Shown here piece by piece: positions 1 to 19,700 of a stretch of 64,000 bases of DNA. A program made the translations under genes and the position numbers. Source of the stretch: the human T2T-CHM13v2.0 reference genome, Homo sapiens; the NCBI RefSeq assembly GCF_009914755.1, contig NC_060941.1. The stretch is one strand, 5' to 3'. Each line of letters opens with the position of its first letter. Position 1 is the stretch's first letter. Below the pieces are notes generated by a model. That model was not told the origin of the DNA, made no database searches, and saw only the letters and a list, made by a program, of their open reading frames with translations.

Positions 1-189
1 AACATGGCGAAACCATGGCTCTACGAAAATTACAAAAATTAGACAGGTGTGGTGGCGTGCACCCATAGTCCCAGCTACTGGGGAGGCTAAGGTGGGAGGA
101 TCCCTTGGGAAACAGAGCAAGACCCTGTCTCAAAAAAAAAAAAAAAAAGTTTGCTGTTCAAGACTATGTTTAAAAAAAAAAAAAAAAAG

Positions 190-1654
<1,465 letters not shown>

Positions 1655-2310
1655 TAATTTTTGTATTTTTAGTAGAGACAGGGTTTCACCATACTGCCCA
1701 GGCTAGTCTCGAACCCCTGACCTCTGGTGAACCGCCTGCCTCGGCCTCCCAAAGTGCTGGGATTACAGGCATGAGCCACCGCGCCTGGCCTTCAATTGTT
1801 TTGAATATCTAAAATTATGGGCTGGGTACAGTGGCTCATGCCTGTAATTCCAGCACTTTAGGATGCCAAGGCAGGAGGATCACCTAAACCTAGGAGTTCA
1901 AGGCCAGCCCAGGCAACATAGTGGGACCCCGTTTCCACAAAAAATTTAAAAATTAGCCAGGTGTGATGGCGTGCGCCTATAGTCCCCAGCTACTCAAGGG
2001 ACTGAGGTGGGAGGATTGCTTGAGCCTGGGAAGTCAAGGCTGCAGTGAGCCATGATTGTATCACTGCCCTCCACCCTGGACAACAGGGCAAGACCCTGTC
2101 TCAAAAAAATAAATAAAATAAAAGTAAATATAATTATGAAGTAAAAATATATATTCTTTTACATATATGATATTATATTAGTAAAGAAAACTAAAAAGGG
2201 TGAGACAAAAAGTACCAGGGCAGAAGTTTAAATCAAAGTTTCTTTTTCTATCATACATTCTCCTCTTAACCAATTTTAATTTTATATTTATTAAGTCTTG
2301 AGACAAAGGT

Positions 2311-2360
2311 TGTATGTATGTATGTAGGTAGGTAGGTAGGAAGGCTAGGCAGGTAGGCAT
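2311..2360. repeat. Compound (TATG)n(TAGG)n microsatellite
   Basis: tgtatgtatgtatgtaggtaggtaggtagg... Confidence 0.8.
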
Positions 2361-2374
2361 GCTCACATAACTGA

Positions 2375-2613
<239 letters not shown>

Positions 2614-3502
2614 TGATCAGCCTGCCTCGGCCTCTCAAAGTGCTAGGATTACAGGCATGAGCCACCAATCCCGGCCTTTTTTTATTTATTTTTTTTTTTG
2701 AGACAGAGTCTCACACACTGTCACCCGGGCTGGAGTGCAATGGTGCGACCTCGGCTCACTAATCTTCAGGTTTTCATATACCAGTCATCATCATTAATTA
2801 CTGTTCATTTATAAGCAATCTTGCCTCCAAAGTTTGGAGTCCAGGACATTGTCCTGATCTTCTGGTCCTCAGACATTGCACTGCCACTACTCTTATATTT
2901 TTGCCCTTGAACACACCTCCTAAATGATGTAGATAAGACTACATACATTTAGTACCACTCAGAGCACTCTCAAGTCTCAAGGATTTGTCTAAAAAAAAAA
3001 AAAATCAAATTCTCTCTTCAAAGACTCAAATTCTAGACTTTGAGGTGCTTTTGAATCCAGGGCATTCCAAGATTTGAAGAACATTCAATCCAGAGGGAAA
3101 GATGCTGATAAATTCAGTCTGAGCATTCTATTCCACTCATATGAACCTTTCCTTCTTTGTTTATCCTCGGGAACTATTCTGAGTCCCTTTAAATATCTAT
3201 GAAATGATAGAGAGGGAGGTCTAAGAAGGAGAAACTATCTCAAAGGGTAAGAACAAAAGACTTATGTGTAAGGCTCCCTGAGATGGCATCGTTTATACAA
3301 CAGATAAAAGTCAATAACTTCCTATAAAACATCTAATGATTGAGGACTAAACAAATATTATAATATATTCATACAATATTGTGCAGCTCTTAAATTCATG
3401 TTATAGGTAAACATGTAAATATATATTTATTGCTAAGTGAACAAAGTACATTACAAAACAAAACATAAAGTTTGATTCTATTTCTGTTAAAAAGCAAAAA
3501 TT

Positions 3503-3814
<312 letters not shown>

Positions 3815-4112
3815 TCAGTGCTGGACATGGTGGTTTGTACCTGCAATCCCAGCTATTCAGGAAGCTGAGGCGGGAATACTGCTTGAAGCCAGGAGTTCAA
3901 GACCAGCCTGAGGAACACAGCTGAGATCCTGTCTCTAATAAATAAACAAATAACCAAAAAACTTCACTTATATCCAGTCATCCATCTACCTATCAGCCAT
4001 CCTTCTAGGTTGGAACATATGCAGCAACATGGAACAAGAAACAGTAGTTATCTCTGGGTAGTGGATCAAGAAAATCTTTTCTTTTCCGTATTGCTAATCT
4101 TGATTTTCCTCT

Positions 4113-6224
<2,112 letters not shown>

Positions 6225-6227
6225 TCC

Positions 6228-6338
6228 TTGATGACATCTGCAAAGGTCTTTTTGTCACGTAAGGTAACATGTAACAGGTTTTAGAGATTGAAGACATAAA
6301 CCTCTTTGGGGTGGGGGTGTTACTTTGCCTACCACAAA
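6228..6338 (-). mobile_element. MLT1-type (ERVL-MaLR) LTR fragment
   Basis: acatctgcaaagg...taaggtaacat...acaggtt...ctttgggg...tgcctaccaca resembles the reverse complement of an MLT1 LTR 5' end. Confidence 0.6.
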
Positions 6339-6707
6339 GGGTTACGACAGCTCATGAGGTAGACACAGACCACCACTTGGAAGCTTTCTCACTGCTACGA
6401 ATCAGTACCATTCGCAATGCTTCAGCAGTTCAGAGAGGTCTAAGGCAAATTCCCATACTAAATGGAAAGTGGCCCAATGACAGAATTTCTTCTTCACATG
6501 GTAGCTCCAAGAAGGTGACAGGACACTGCAGTATCATTTATATGAAAGAGACTGAAAAAAAAAAAACTGAAAACTAGACATGAGCGATAGCTCTGATACA
6601 GCAGCTCCACTGTATACAGAACAGAAAATGTAGAAAATAAATTCATTTATTGACATTGCACACCACTTGGTCCCCTTCCCACTCCCTTGAGGTTAATGAC
6701 TTGCTAA

Positions 6708-6880
6708 TATAGCTTATTCTTTATCCAAAATGCCTGGGACCAGAAGTGTTTCAGATTTTGGAATATTTGCACTTTATCCTTACTGGTTGAGCATCCCTAA
6801 TTGGAAAATCTGAAATCAAGCTTTGGATTTTAGAGTCTTTTGTATTTCAGATTTTTGGACTAGGGATATTCAATGTGTAC
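6708..6880. mobile_element. Tigger4a/MER46-like DNA transposon relic
   Basis: ttatccaaaatgcctgggaccagaagtgtttcagattttgg ... ggttgagcatccctaa ... cagatttttggactagggatattcaa. Confidence 0.7.
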
Positions 6881-6924
6881 AAACTCTATACTTGAGCAAG
6901 GGATTTCAACTATTATCTGTGGGT

Positions 6925-10597
<3,673 letters not shown>

Positions 10598-10699
10598 GGA
10601 GGTAATAATACTTACATGGCAGGCTTATTTAGAGAACTTAACGAAATACTGTACAGAAGTACCTAGCTCAGGGACTGATACATGATAGATACTCAGGAG

Positions 10700-11465
10700 A
10701 TGTTATTTTCCCCTGCCGTGGATGGAGAATAATAAAGCAGAGTACCACTTTATATGATTATATGATGTGGCCAGGGAAGCTCTCTTTACCAAGGTGATAG
10801 AAGGGAGTGCGAGAGGCACACAGCCGAGTACAGAGTGTTTCCGGTTAAGAAAAGAGCAACTGCAAAGACCCTGAGGCATGAGCGCTTGGTTTGTTTGAGG
10901 AACAGCAAGGATGTCAATGTGACTAGGGCACACTGGGTTGAAGGACAGTAGGAGGACCTGAGGTCAGAGAGCTTGGGAGTGGGATGAAGGTGGGGTCACA
11001 TAATGGAGGGCATCGTAGGCCACTGTGAAAACTTTGGCCTCTAAGTGAGAGGAGCAACCATCAGAAGGTTTTGAACTAAGAAATGACATGATCTCACTGA
11101 TATTTTAAAAATAGACTGAAGAGTAGAAGGGGGAAGGAACCAGAGCAACCAGTCAGAAGGCATTTCAGAGAACTGAACCAGGGTGCAGTGGGAAGACAGA
11201 ATTGTATCTGTGTGTGTTTTGAAGGTAAAGAAGACATTACCTGCTGATGGATTAGATATGGAAGTGTGACAAAGAAGTGCCAAGAATAACCCCAAGCATT
11301 TTGACACAAGCAGCCCAAAAATCAAGGCTGCCATTTACCAAGATGGGGAAGGGTAAAGGAAGACCAGGTTGGCGGGCAGCGGGTGGGGCAGGATTCAGGA
11401 GTTTGGATTTGGACATGTTAGGTTTGACATACCTATTTCACAGTCGTTGAAGTGGAGACCTACCT
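10700..11465 (-). mobile_element. L2 (LINE-2) fragment
   Basis: aactgcaaagaccctgaggc...gaggaacagcaagg...aggttttgaactaagaaatgacatgatc...caggagtttggatttggacatgttaggtttgacatacctatt is typical reverse-strand L2. Confidence 0.8.
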
Positions 11466-12265
11466 TAGTCTCACTGAGCCGCCACTGCCCCCTAGGTAGC
11501 CTGTGGATCACTACATAGGCTGAGGGCTGGTCTGCTGGCTCTGTGTTCTCCTCGAGCCAAAACACATACGTGGTATCTGACACTAGAGCTGAGAGAGCTG
11601 ATGAAGATGGGGCGTAGGAAGAGTCTGAAGCTCGTTAGGACTCTTCTACTCAGCACCTGTCCCACACTAAAAGACAGCTTCAATAGCGAACTCCCCAAAG
11701 CATCCTCTGGAATCAAGACCACCTTGTGATCACCAAAGAAAAGTATGGGGATCCTCTGGCCCAAGCCATGTCATCCAGTCTCTCTTCTAACTCAACATCT
11801 TCCACATGTATAAAACAACTTGTTAGCTGTCCTCAGCCTCACATACTACAAATCCCCATTATTTTCCCATTCTGAGACTAGAAGAGCAGAATTTCACTCT
11901 ACGTTTTTGTTGGAAAGGCAAAAAGTAAGTATTCCTCTTGGGAAAGAAGGGTTCTCTGATTCCCAAGATGTAGTAGCCATTAAGTGCATCCAAAGAGTAT
12001 GAGTTTTTGATATATCAATGTCTAGAACCTTAATCTACTTACAGCAATTTAACCAAAGGGAATATATGCTCAAATTCTGCTACAAGAAATTGATACACTA
12101 TTCATAACTGTAAAAAAATTGGGAACATTCTCTTGGTTCAATAAAGCAAAGATTGGTTAAAGAAATCTTGGAATATAAAAGAATTCTGGGTAACTATAAA
12201 AATGATTCCATATAAGAATATATTAAAAATGTTAGGAAAAAAGCAGATTACAAACAGTATATACA

Positions 12266-12943
<678 letters not shown>

Positions 12944-13927
12944 AAGACTTTATATTCTACATAAAGTCTCTCATATTTGTGGCTCATGTTTGGAATTTTT
13001 ACTTTTTTTTTTTTTTTTTAACATCTCCCTATGTCCCTAGTATATACTTCATGTAGGTCAAAAGACTTCCTCCTGAGAAGACATTTGTGGAGCCTCCCCA
13101 AAGGCCTGTCCCCAGGGGATGTGATCCTCACTACTCTGCAGAGAAGTCAGTCACAGGGTATTCCTGCCTCCACACAGCACTTCGCTCCCAAGCTCGGTGG
13201 CTACTACTTCCCTAGCCTAGTAACTGTTATTACACGTGGGAAATGTGAAGCCGACTGGACTACCCCTACTCTTTACCTGGCTGAAAACCCAACTGATAAG
13301 CAGAGACTAAGAACTCCACAGTCTCCAACAGCGCAACAGGGAATCGGCTTTGTTTTCTATAAACAGACAGGCAAGAAAAACGTTCAGGTTAAAACGCAGT
13401 CCTCAGAGGAAGGAAAATAGAAACCAGGCAGTGGGGAATGCTTCATATTCCTACAAGTTTTTTTTTCTAAGTTAACACATGGTGTCTGCTTCTCTCTAGT
13501 CACCTATTTATCACTCTCCTCCTCAGAGAAGGGAAAAAGCCCTGGCTGTTTTCCTAGTGCAGAGCTTTGTGGCGGAGGGGGGCGGGGAGGAAGGGGGAGA
13601 AAGGAGGGTGCTTTAAGCATGATGCAAACCATTTGGAGCTGAGTGAGAGCACTGCCAACACAAGCTGCACTATTTAAACAAGTGAGGAAATGATCGTATA
13701 TACAACATGCCAGCAAGCACACACACACACCAAAGGAAGTCGAGAGGGCTTTTTTTTTTCAGGACACAGAGCTGGATGTCAGCGGCTAAAAGGTCGATAT
13801 TTTCCCTTAACACCCTTCTCAATGACTTAATCATGTTCCATTTGCACAGAAAACTTCCCAAGAATAAAAAAGTCTGGAGAATTAAGAGGAGGGGCGAATG
13901 GGGAGGGATGTTTGGCCTGGGGCTGAC

Positions 13928-14129
13928 CTTATCCGAGGTTTTCTCCACGTAGCAGGGGTCCTGAGGGGCAGCCAGCAAGGGGACAAAGCCCGAGAGAAGC
14001 CGATCCTCTTCCAGGATAAGAAGGGTGAGGTCATCATCCGGGTCCTTGTACAGTGGCACCTCAGACTGATTCACTGCAGTCAGTATGTTACAGAAATCAG
14101 CCAGCGTCGACCATACATCCACAGCAACA
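13928..14129 (-). CDS. SMG6: SMG6 internal coding exon (202 nt, phase 2-0; probably exon 13): VAVDVWSTLADFCNILTAVNQSEVPLYKDPDDDLTLLILEEDRLLSGFVPLLAAPQDPCYVEKTSDK
   Basis: Acceptor cttttcttaccttatttctcacag|TGTTG and donor GATAAG|gtcagc. CA from the previous exon plus T gives CAT (His). Peptide is embedded in track ORF 13670..14224 and recognised as SMG6. Confidence 0.96.
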
Positions 14130-14815
14130 CTGTGAGAAATAAGGTAAGAAAAGAGCAGCTCTAAAGAGGGACCAGTAAAAAAAAGTATTCTCAGTATTTG
14201 TGAGCAGGGAAGTACTTGCAGCAAATGTTGTCTAGGCTGGCATCTGCCAGGAAATCATACCCCAAAAATGCTAGGAAACAAAACTGTGCCCAAGGCAGCA
14301 ATCTGAGGTATGTGTATGTGGATTTATGCAAAGTTGAAATTGATTAGGGGGAGTTTTTAATCCTCACCAGAGAGGAAAAAGAATTTGGAGACTCAGTTGC
14401 CTAATGCAGGGTCCTGTCATCTTTCCAGACAGTGTGCCTGAGACGCTTACTCAAACACTCTAGACACCCAGTGCTTGTGGCTGCTCCCAGAATTCCCCAC
14501 TGCTGTCCAGCCAAGTACATGCCACACAGACAGCAACTGAGCACCAGCCTCTCCTCCTCCAGCCACAGCCATGGAGGGTCTAGTCACAATACAGCAAGAG
14601 TCATGCATGTTTTCCTCCTACAATGCTTTAGAAATCTCTTCCCTATATATAGGCAGGCAATCAATCAATCAATCAACCAATCACACAAACAAACAAAAAC
14701 CTCATTCCTGGCCCATCAAGATCCTCACAGGAAGGTAAAGCCTCTTACACAATTCATCAGCGCTGTCTCAGCCATTCCACACCTCTCCTTTCTCTCATTT
14801 GTGGAAGGTGAGATA

Positions 14816-14928
14816 CAGGGTGATCAACTATTCCGGTTTGTGTGGGACTGTCCCAGTTTTAGCACTGAAAGTCCCACGTCCCCAGAAACCCCCCAGTCCT
14901 GGGCAAACTGGGATGGCTGGCTGTCCTA
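14816..14928. mobile_element. MER81-like hAT MITE
   Basis: cagggtgatcaac...gggactgtcccagttttagcactgaaagtcccacgtcc...gggcaaactgggatggctggctgtccta with degenerate terminal inverted repeats. Confidence 0.75.
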
Positions 14929-15340
14929 ATTGCGTATCACCAGGTCCTGGCTGAACCTGAGAAGAAACCTTGAAACTGCAAAGTCTGGCTCTCCTTAATT
15001 GAAATTTCAGCATAGAATTATAAAAAAAGAGGTTCATTTCTCTGTCACCATCACTTGTCAAAAATCGACTGTGGGTCAGATTCCTGCTTTGGTGGGTGCT
15101 GAGGATCCATAAAGCTTTTTTTTTTTTTTTTTTTTTTTTTTGGCCTGCCCAGGGATACTACAAATTGTGGTAAGCATATAGGGCCTGCCAAGGCTACAGA
15201 CTTGGCTTTCTTCTCCAGGAAAGCACCTAACCAGGAGTCTGGAACAGATAATATCCTATGGATGCTAAGTTTTACTCTAAAAGAAGAGAGATGCATAGGA
15301 GAATTACAAAGAAAAGCTTCACAATTAGATTCATGAGCTA

Positions 15341-15553
<213 letters not shown>

Positions 15554-16029
15554 CTATGAGTCCTACTAGGGAGGGGCCTCAGATCTAAGCAATTTGTTTC
15601 TCCTGGAGACCAAGAATCTTTGGGAGATGGCAGAAAAGAAAGCATTCAAGGGACATGCCACCGAAGGTGACAGTGGGGGAGAAAGTGGAGCAGAGGTATG
15701 GGAACTCCCTGACTGGCTCCAGGTGGAAGGAGGCTGCAATGGTTTATTTACTGTAATCATTGCACTAGGAAAAGGCAATGAAATGAAACATCTTGTTTTC
15801 AAGAGTGTCCTGGGAACCAGACGGAACACAGCCCCATTAATCACACAACGGCACATAATCAACACACGTGTACTGCAGAAGTAACTCGCTTCACAGGCTT
15901 TACCCAGGAAAAAGAACATGTTTGGGAAGAATCACCGGAGGGACGAGTTTTCTAAAGCCTCTCTCAGCGCAGACACCGACAACCAGACTCATTCACAAAG
16001 CTCCATCTTTTGGCTCAGCCGGGTTTGGC

Positions 16030-16700
16030 TGTCAGAAATGTTTAAATATGGAAAAAAATAAACAGTTGCAACACGTTTCTGTGCAGAGATCTGCCTGAGC
16101 TCCTTTGTGATGTAATGGGAAACGCGGCATTCAGGCTACCAGCTGTAGAATAAACAGAACTTCGAGGGTTAAAAGGAACTGAACTTTCCACGACCCCATC
16201 TGCAGAGAAGAAAATAATAAGAGGAATGATGCACTGCCCCACAGCCCTGATAGTTTATCCTCCGGTCCCGGCTGCAGAGACAAGCACCGGATGTGATAGG
16301 GCTGCTCAGGGCCGCCTCCGAGGTTAGTGCTGCCCATGGGAGACGCACAGGGAGGCTCTTCCAGTTCCCCGCTTCCTCCCCCAGTGCCCTGCTGGCCACT
16401 TGAGCCCGCTGCCTGAGTCTGATCCCACAGCACTGGTGAGCTTTGGCCAACAGGCACTGCTCGGCTGCAGAGCAGCAATTTGGAAAATAAACAGGAAAGA
16501 CGACAGTGAGAAGGAAGAAGGTGAAAAGTCTCCCAGCTGAATTCTTGGCTTGGGGGCCCTGGTTGGTGCGTGCAGGTCAAGGCTGCTGCAGGACATAGTT
16601 GGGGGTTGGGGGTGGTGTGGGCAGCAGCATCCCCAGCCAGAGAGAGGCGGCCGAAAATTACCCACGGCTGCCACAGTGGGAGGCCCCACATCCCTCTCTC
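16030..16700. promoter_or_regulatory. Candidate intronic enhancer (FOX, FOX:ETS, ETS motifs; locally GC/CpG-enriched)
   Basis: TGGAAAATAAACAGGAA 16481-16497; further TAAACA sites near 16060 and 16150; CCGGATGT near 16287. Motif evidence only. Confidence 0.4.
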
Positions 16701-19700
16701 ATCCTCCCACCCCTACCATCTTGGATCCAAGATGAAGAAATATGTGGTACCATGTGGTTCTCATTACCATGCTCTCCTGTCCCCTAAGGCTCAGATAAAC
16801 CAAAACTGACTCCTCCCAGAGACTGCTGGCCACCACTAGGGACCCCTGCCCACATACGCCTTTTTACCCATTACCACCCACCTTGTACCAAAACCTTGAG
16901 ACTCACTGCAAAAATAAGGTGGACGAGAATCCCTACCTCAATGTTGATTTGTAAGAAAGCAGCTGATGCCAAAAGACACAGGGAGTGCCCAGAGTTCCCA
17001 ACTCAGAAATATAAATAAAAGTGGTCCAAGAGCCAAGCTAGACTGTGCAGAACCAAGGAAATACACAAAATGCTTCAATGAGAGGTCACTTCTGCTCTGG
17101 TTAATTCAAATTGGTCTTGTGCTCTGATTGTGAGTAGCTGCCTTCTTCTGGTGTTTCAGTGGGATCACCCAAACTCAGTTCACATTCATATCATCAGTTA
17201 TCTCCTTTCATCGAACACCACAGACATGAACACAACACAACTACCCAGAGACCCATGGGCGACACAGTGACTCTCTACAGGAGTGAGGGAGTGTCAGGAA
17301 ACTCAAAGGAAGAGGTGCTTTGAAAAACCAGGTGAGATGTCTGAACTCAAAAGTTAAGATATTTGCAAAAGGATGAGGTAATTCCTGGAAGCTGGGCAAC
17401 ATCACCTCAGCTTACCCCAATCAGGCCTCTGGGCTGGGAGGTCAGTTCTGTGGGTGCACATAGGATTTCCTGTCTGTAGAAGGAGAAAAGCTTAGCTTTT
17501 TCCTGCTTTAATTCCTCATCCCAACCAGGAGCACCTTCTAGCCTTCACCCGACAGCAGCCCTTAGGCCCTATGGATTCAAGGTTGGCCAGGGCCAAGGAG
17601 CCAAAAGTCAAATTCGGGTGGCGATGAGGATCTGTAAACAGCTGCCAATCTTTTGGAAATGCTTGGGAAATAACTTCCCAGAAGGTTTCCCAAATAATCT
17701 CAAACAACTTTTGATTCTAAATGGACCCTCTAGAGTGCTGTGGACTCATGCAGGTCCTTCTGGTTTGTTCTGGTTCAATGCATATTTTAGGGAAATTCCC
17801 AGAGTCCACAATATCCCGCTAAAGTTAGGGTGGACTGTTCACCAAGCAGACACAAAGCAGCCAGAGAATACGCAACTGTGTCCAATGAGCCTGCTTATGG
17901 CTCCCAGAATGATGGCCAGGGAGTCTCTCAGCAGCTGTGATGTGATTAGAGAGCAGGGATCAGCAGTTGCAAGGTGACCCACTGGCCCAACCCCACAGAA
18001 CACACCACACACCACGACGGCAGAGCCCTGGCTGGAGTCGGAAAGCCAGATCCGAGTTTGGGACAAACCAGCAGTGACTAGTTACAAGTATGCACTCAGA
18101 ACCAAGGCTCACTTGCTTCCCTACAGACATGCATTCACTTAGTCCACCAGGAAAGGAAAAAAATAAGAGTTAATTTACTTTTTATTGCCTCAGAATTCCA
18201 AGGTTTAATGTATCTGTCAGTTTGAGTGCAGTGCAGCTGCTGGCCGATACAATGCAGCCCAGGCCAGCCCAGGTGACTGGGGAAACACATTTCACAGAAA
18301 CAAACCAACACACACTCCTGGCTGGTTGTTTGGGGGATATTGACTCCGGAATCAGATTAACCCTTCAGGCTGAGGTGAGTTCTGCAAATAGCTGTAGAAA
18401 GGCAGCTGACGTCCAGGGAACTGAGAAGCCCTGCTCTCAGAGGGGCCATGGGTTTCTGTGTTCCTAAAATTTTGCTTTTCTCACAGGAGAGGTTACCCAA
18501 CTGCAGCATCCTCTGACAGATTAAGGTATGCCAGGTGAGACACGTCACACCACAATAATCTACCTTCTTGCCCAGAACTCAGAAAGGCAGTCTGCCAGCT
18601 TCATAGGGAAGGAGTCAGGCAGGACTTTTTCTGAAAGCTCCACTGGGGCAGGACTGAGAGGAGGAGAGAGTCTGAAGAGTGGAGCACCAACGCCTGACCA
18701 AGACTCAGTCCATCTTCCTGGCAAGTCTAAGGAGGATGAGGCACTCACACACTCCTTCATATTTTACTGGGGGAACAAGCTGACTGGTGATTAACATCAA
18801 GTACAATGACCCCATGTTACAAGCCTGCTGGGGCCTGTGGAGGTGGCCATTTCCTGTGTAATACCAGCTTGTTTAAACACTAACATTCAAACTCCACAGC
18901 TGCAGAACAAACCCGGAAAGAGTTGAGTGAGAAGAAGCCGTGCATTGTGTTTCAGAGCTATGGAAGATCAGAGAAGCAGTACAGATGGGAAACAAGTTGG
19001 GTCTTCTGGTTCCTGGAGTGAGGAGATCTGGAAATACAGCCAAGATGGCACAGAAGCTAGGCACAAAGAAGCTGAAAAAGAGGACACCCATGTGGTACAG
19101 ACACAAAGACAAATGGCTGTAACAAGAGAACCACGCCTAAGACATGCAATATCTGCCTTTTCAAACGGTTTCCCTGTGGGCCATTATATCCTAGCCTACA
19201 ACTGTCCACGCAGGGGTCAGAGGCTAACATAAGACCACTGTTGCCCTGGAGAGCTTCTCACTCCACTGGAGAAAACTGCAGGAATTCAGCAGCTAATAGC
19301 AGAAATGGACTTGAATCCAATAAGTGTGGCAGAGTTAAAAGAATAATACCCGGGCTTGAAATGGCTTAGCATGCCTCTTGGAAAGCCAAGATGTCATGCC
19401 AACTCTGTTTGCATTGGGCGAAGGATTTGATTCTGGTACCTCAGTGCTAGGTAGCTCAAGAGGCCCTGGGCTGGGCTGGAGATGGGGAGAATTCTATGCG
19501 GCTCCTGGAGATTTCTAGCAACAATGTGTCATCCAGATGCCACATGATACAAAGAAGAGACAAAGGTATCAAAGGCCACCATTCCAGGAGTTAAGATATG
19601 AGCAGCAAGACACCATCCTCTAAGAATAAGAGATGTTTGCTGGGTGACCCCTAAAGAGACCAGACTTAGATGAAGGTAATCCCTTCTATCTTTCTCATTT

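Noticed and set aside
11601-11729. 42-aa ATG smORF MKMGRRKSLKLVRTLLLSTC... on the plus strand
   Set aside because: No promoter, splice or polyA context and no recognisable homology; consistent with chance.
13670-14224. 184-aa ORF extending the SMG6 exon on both sides
   Set aside because: Only 13928-14129 is bounded by splice sites and resembles SMG6. The flanks are intronic read-through with no polyA signal close to the stop.
16131-16691. 186-aa ORF (and the 175-aa ORF at 23526-24053) in unique sequence
   Set aside because: Non-ATG starts, GC-rich stop-poor sequence, overlapping open frames on both strands and no recognisable domain.
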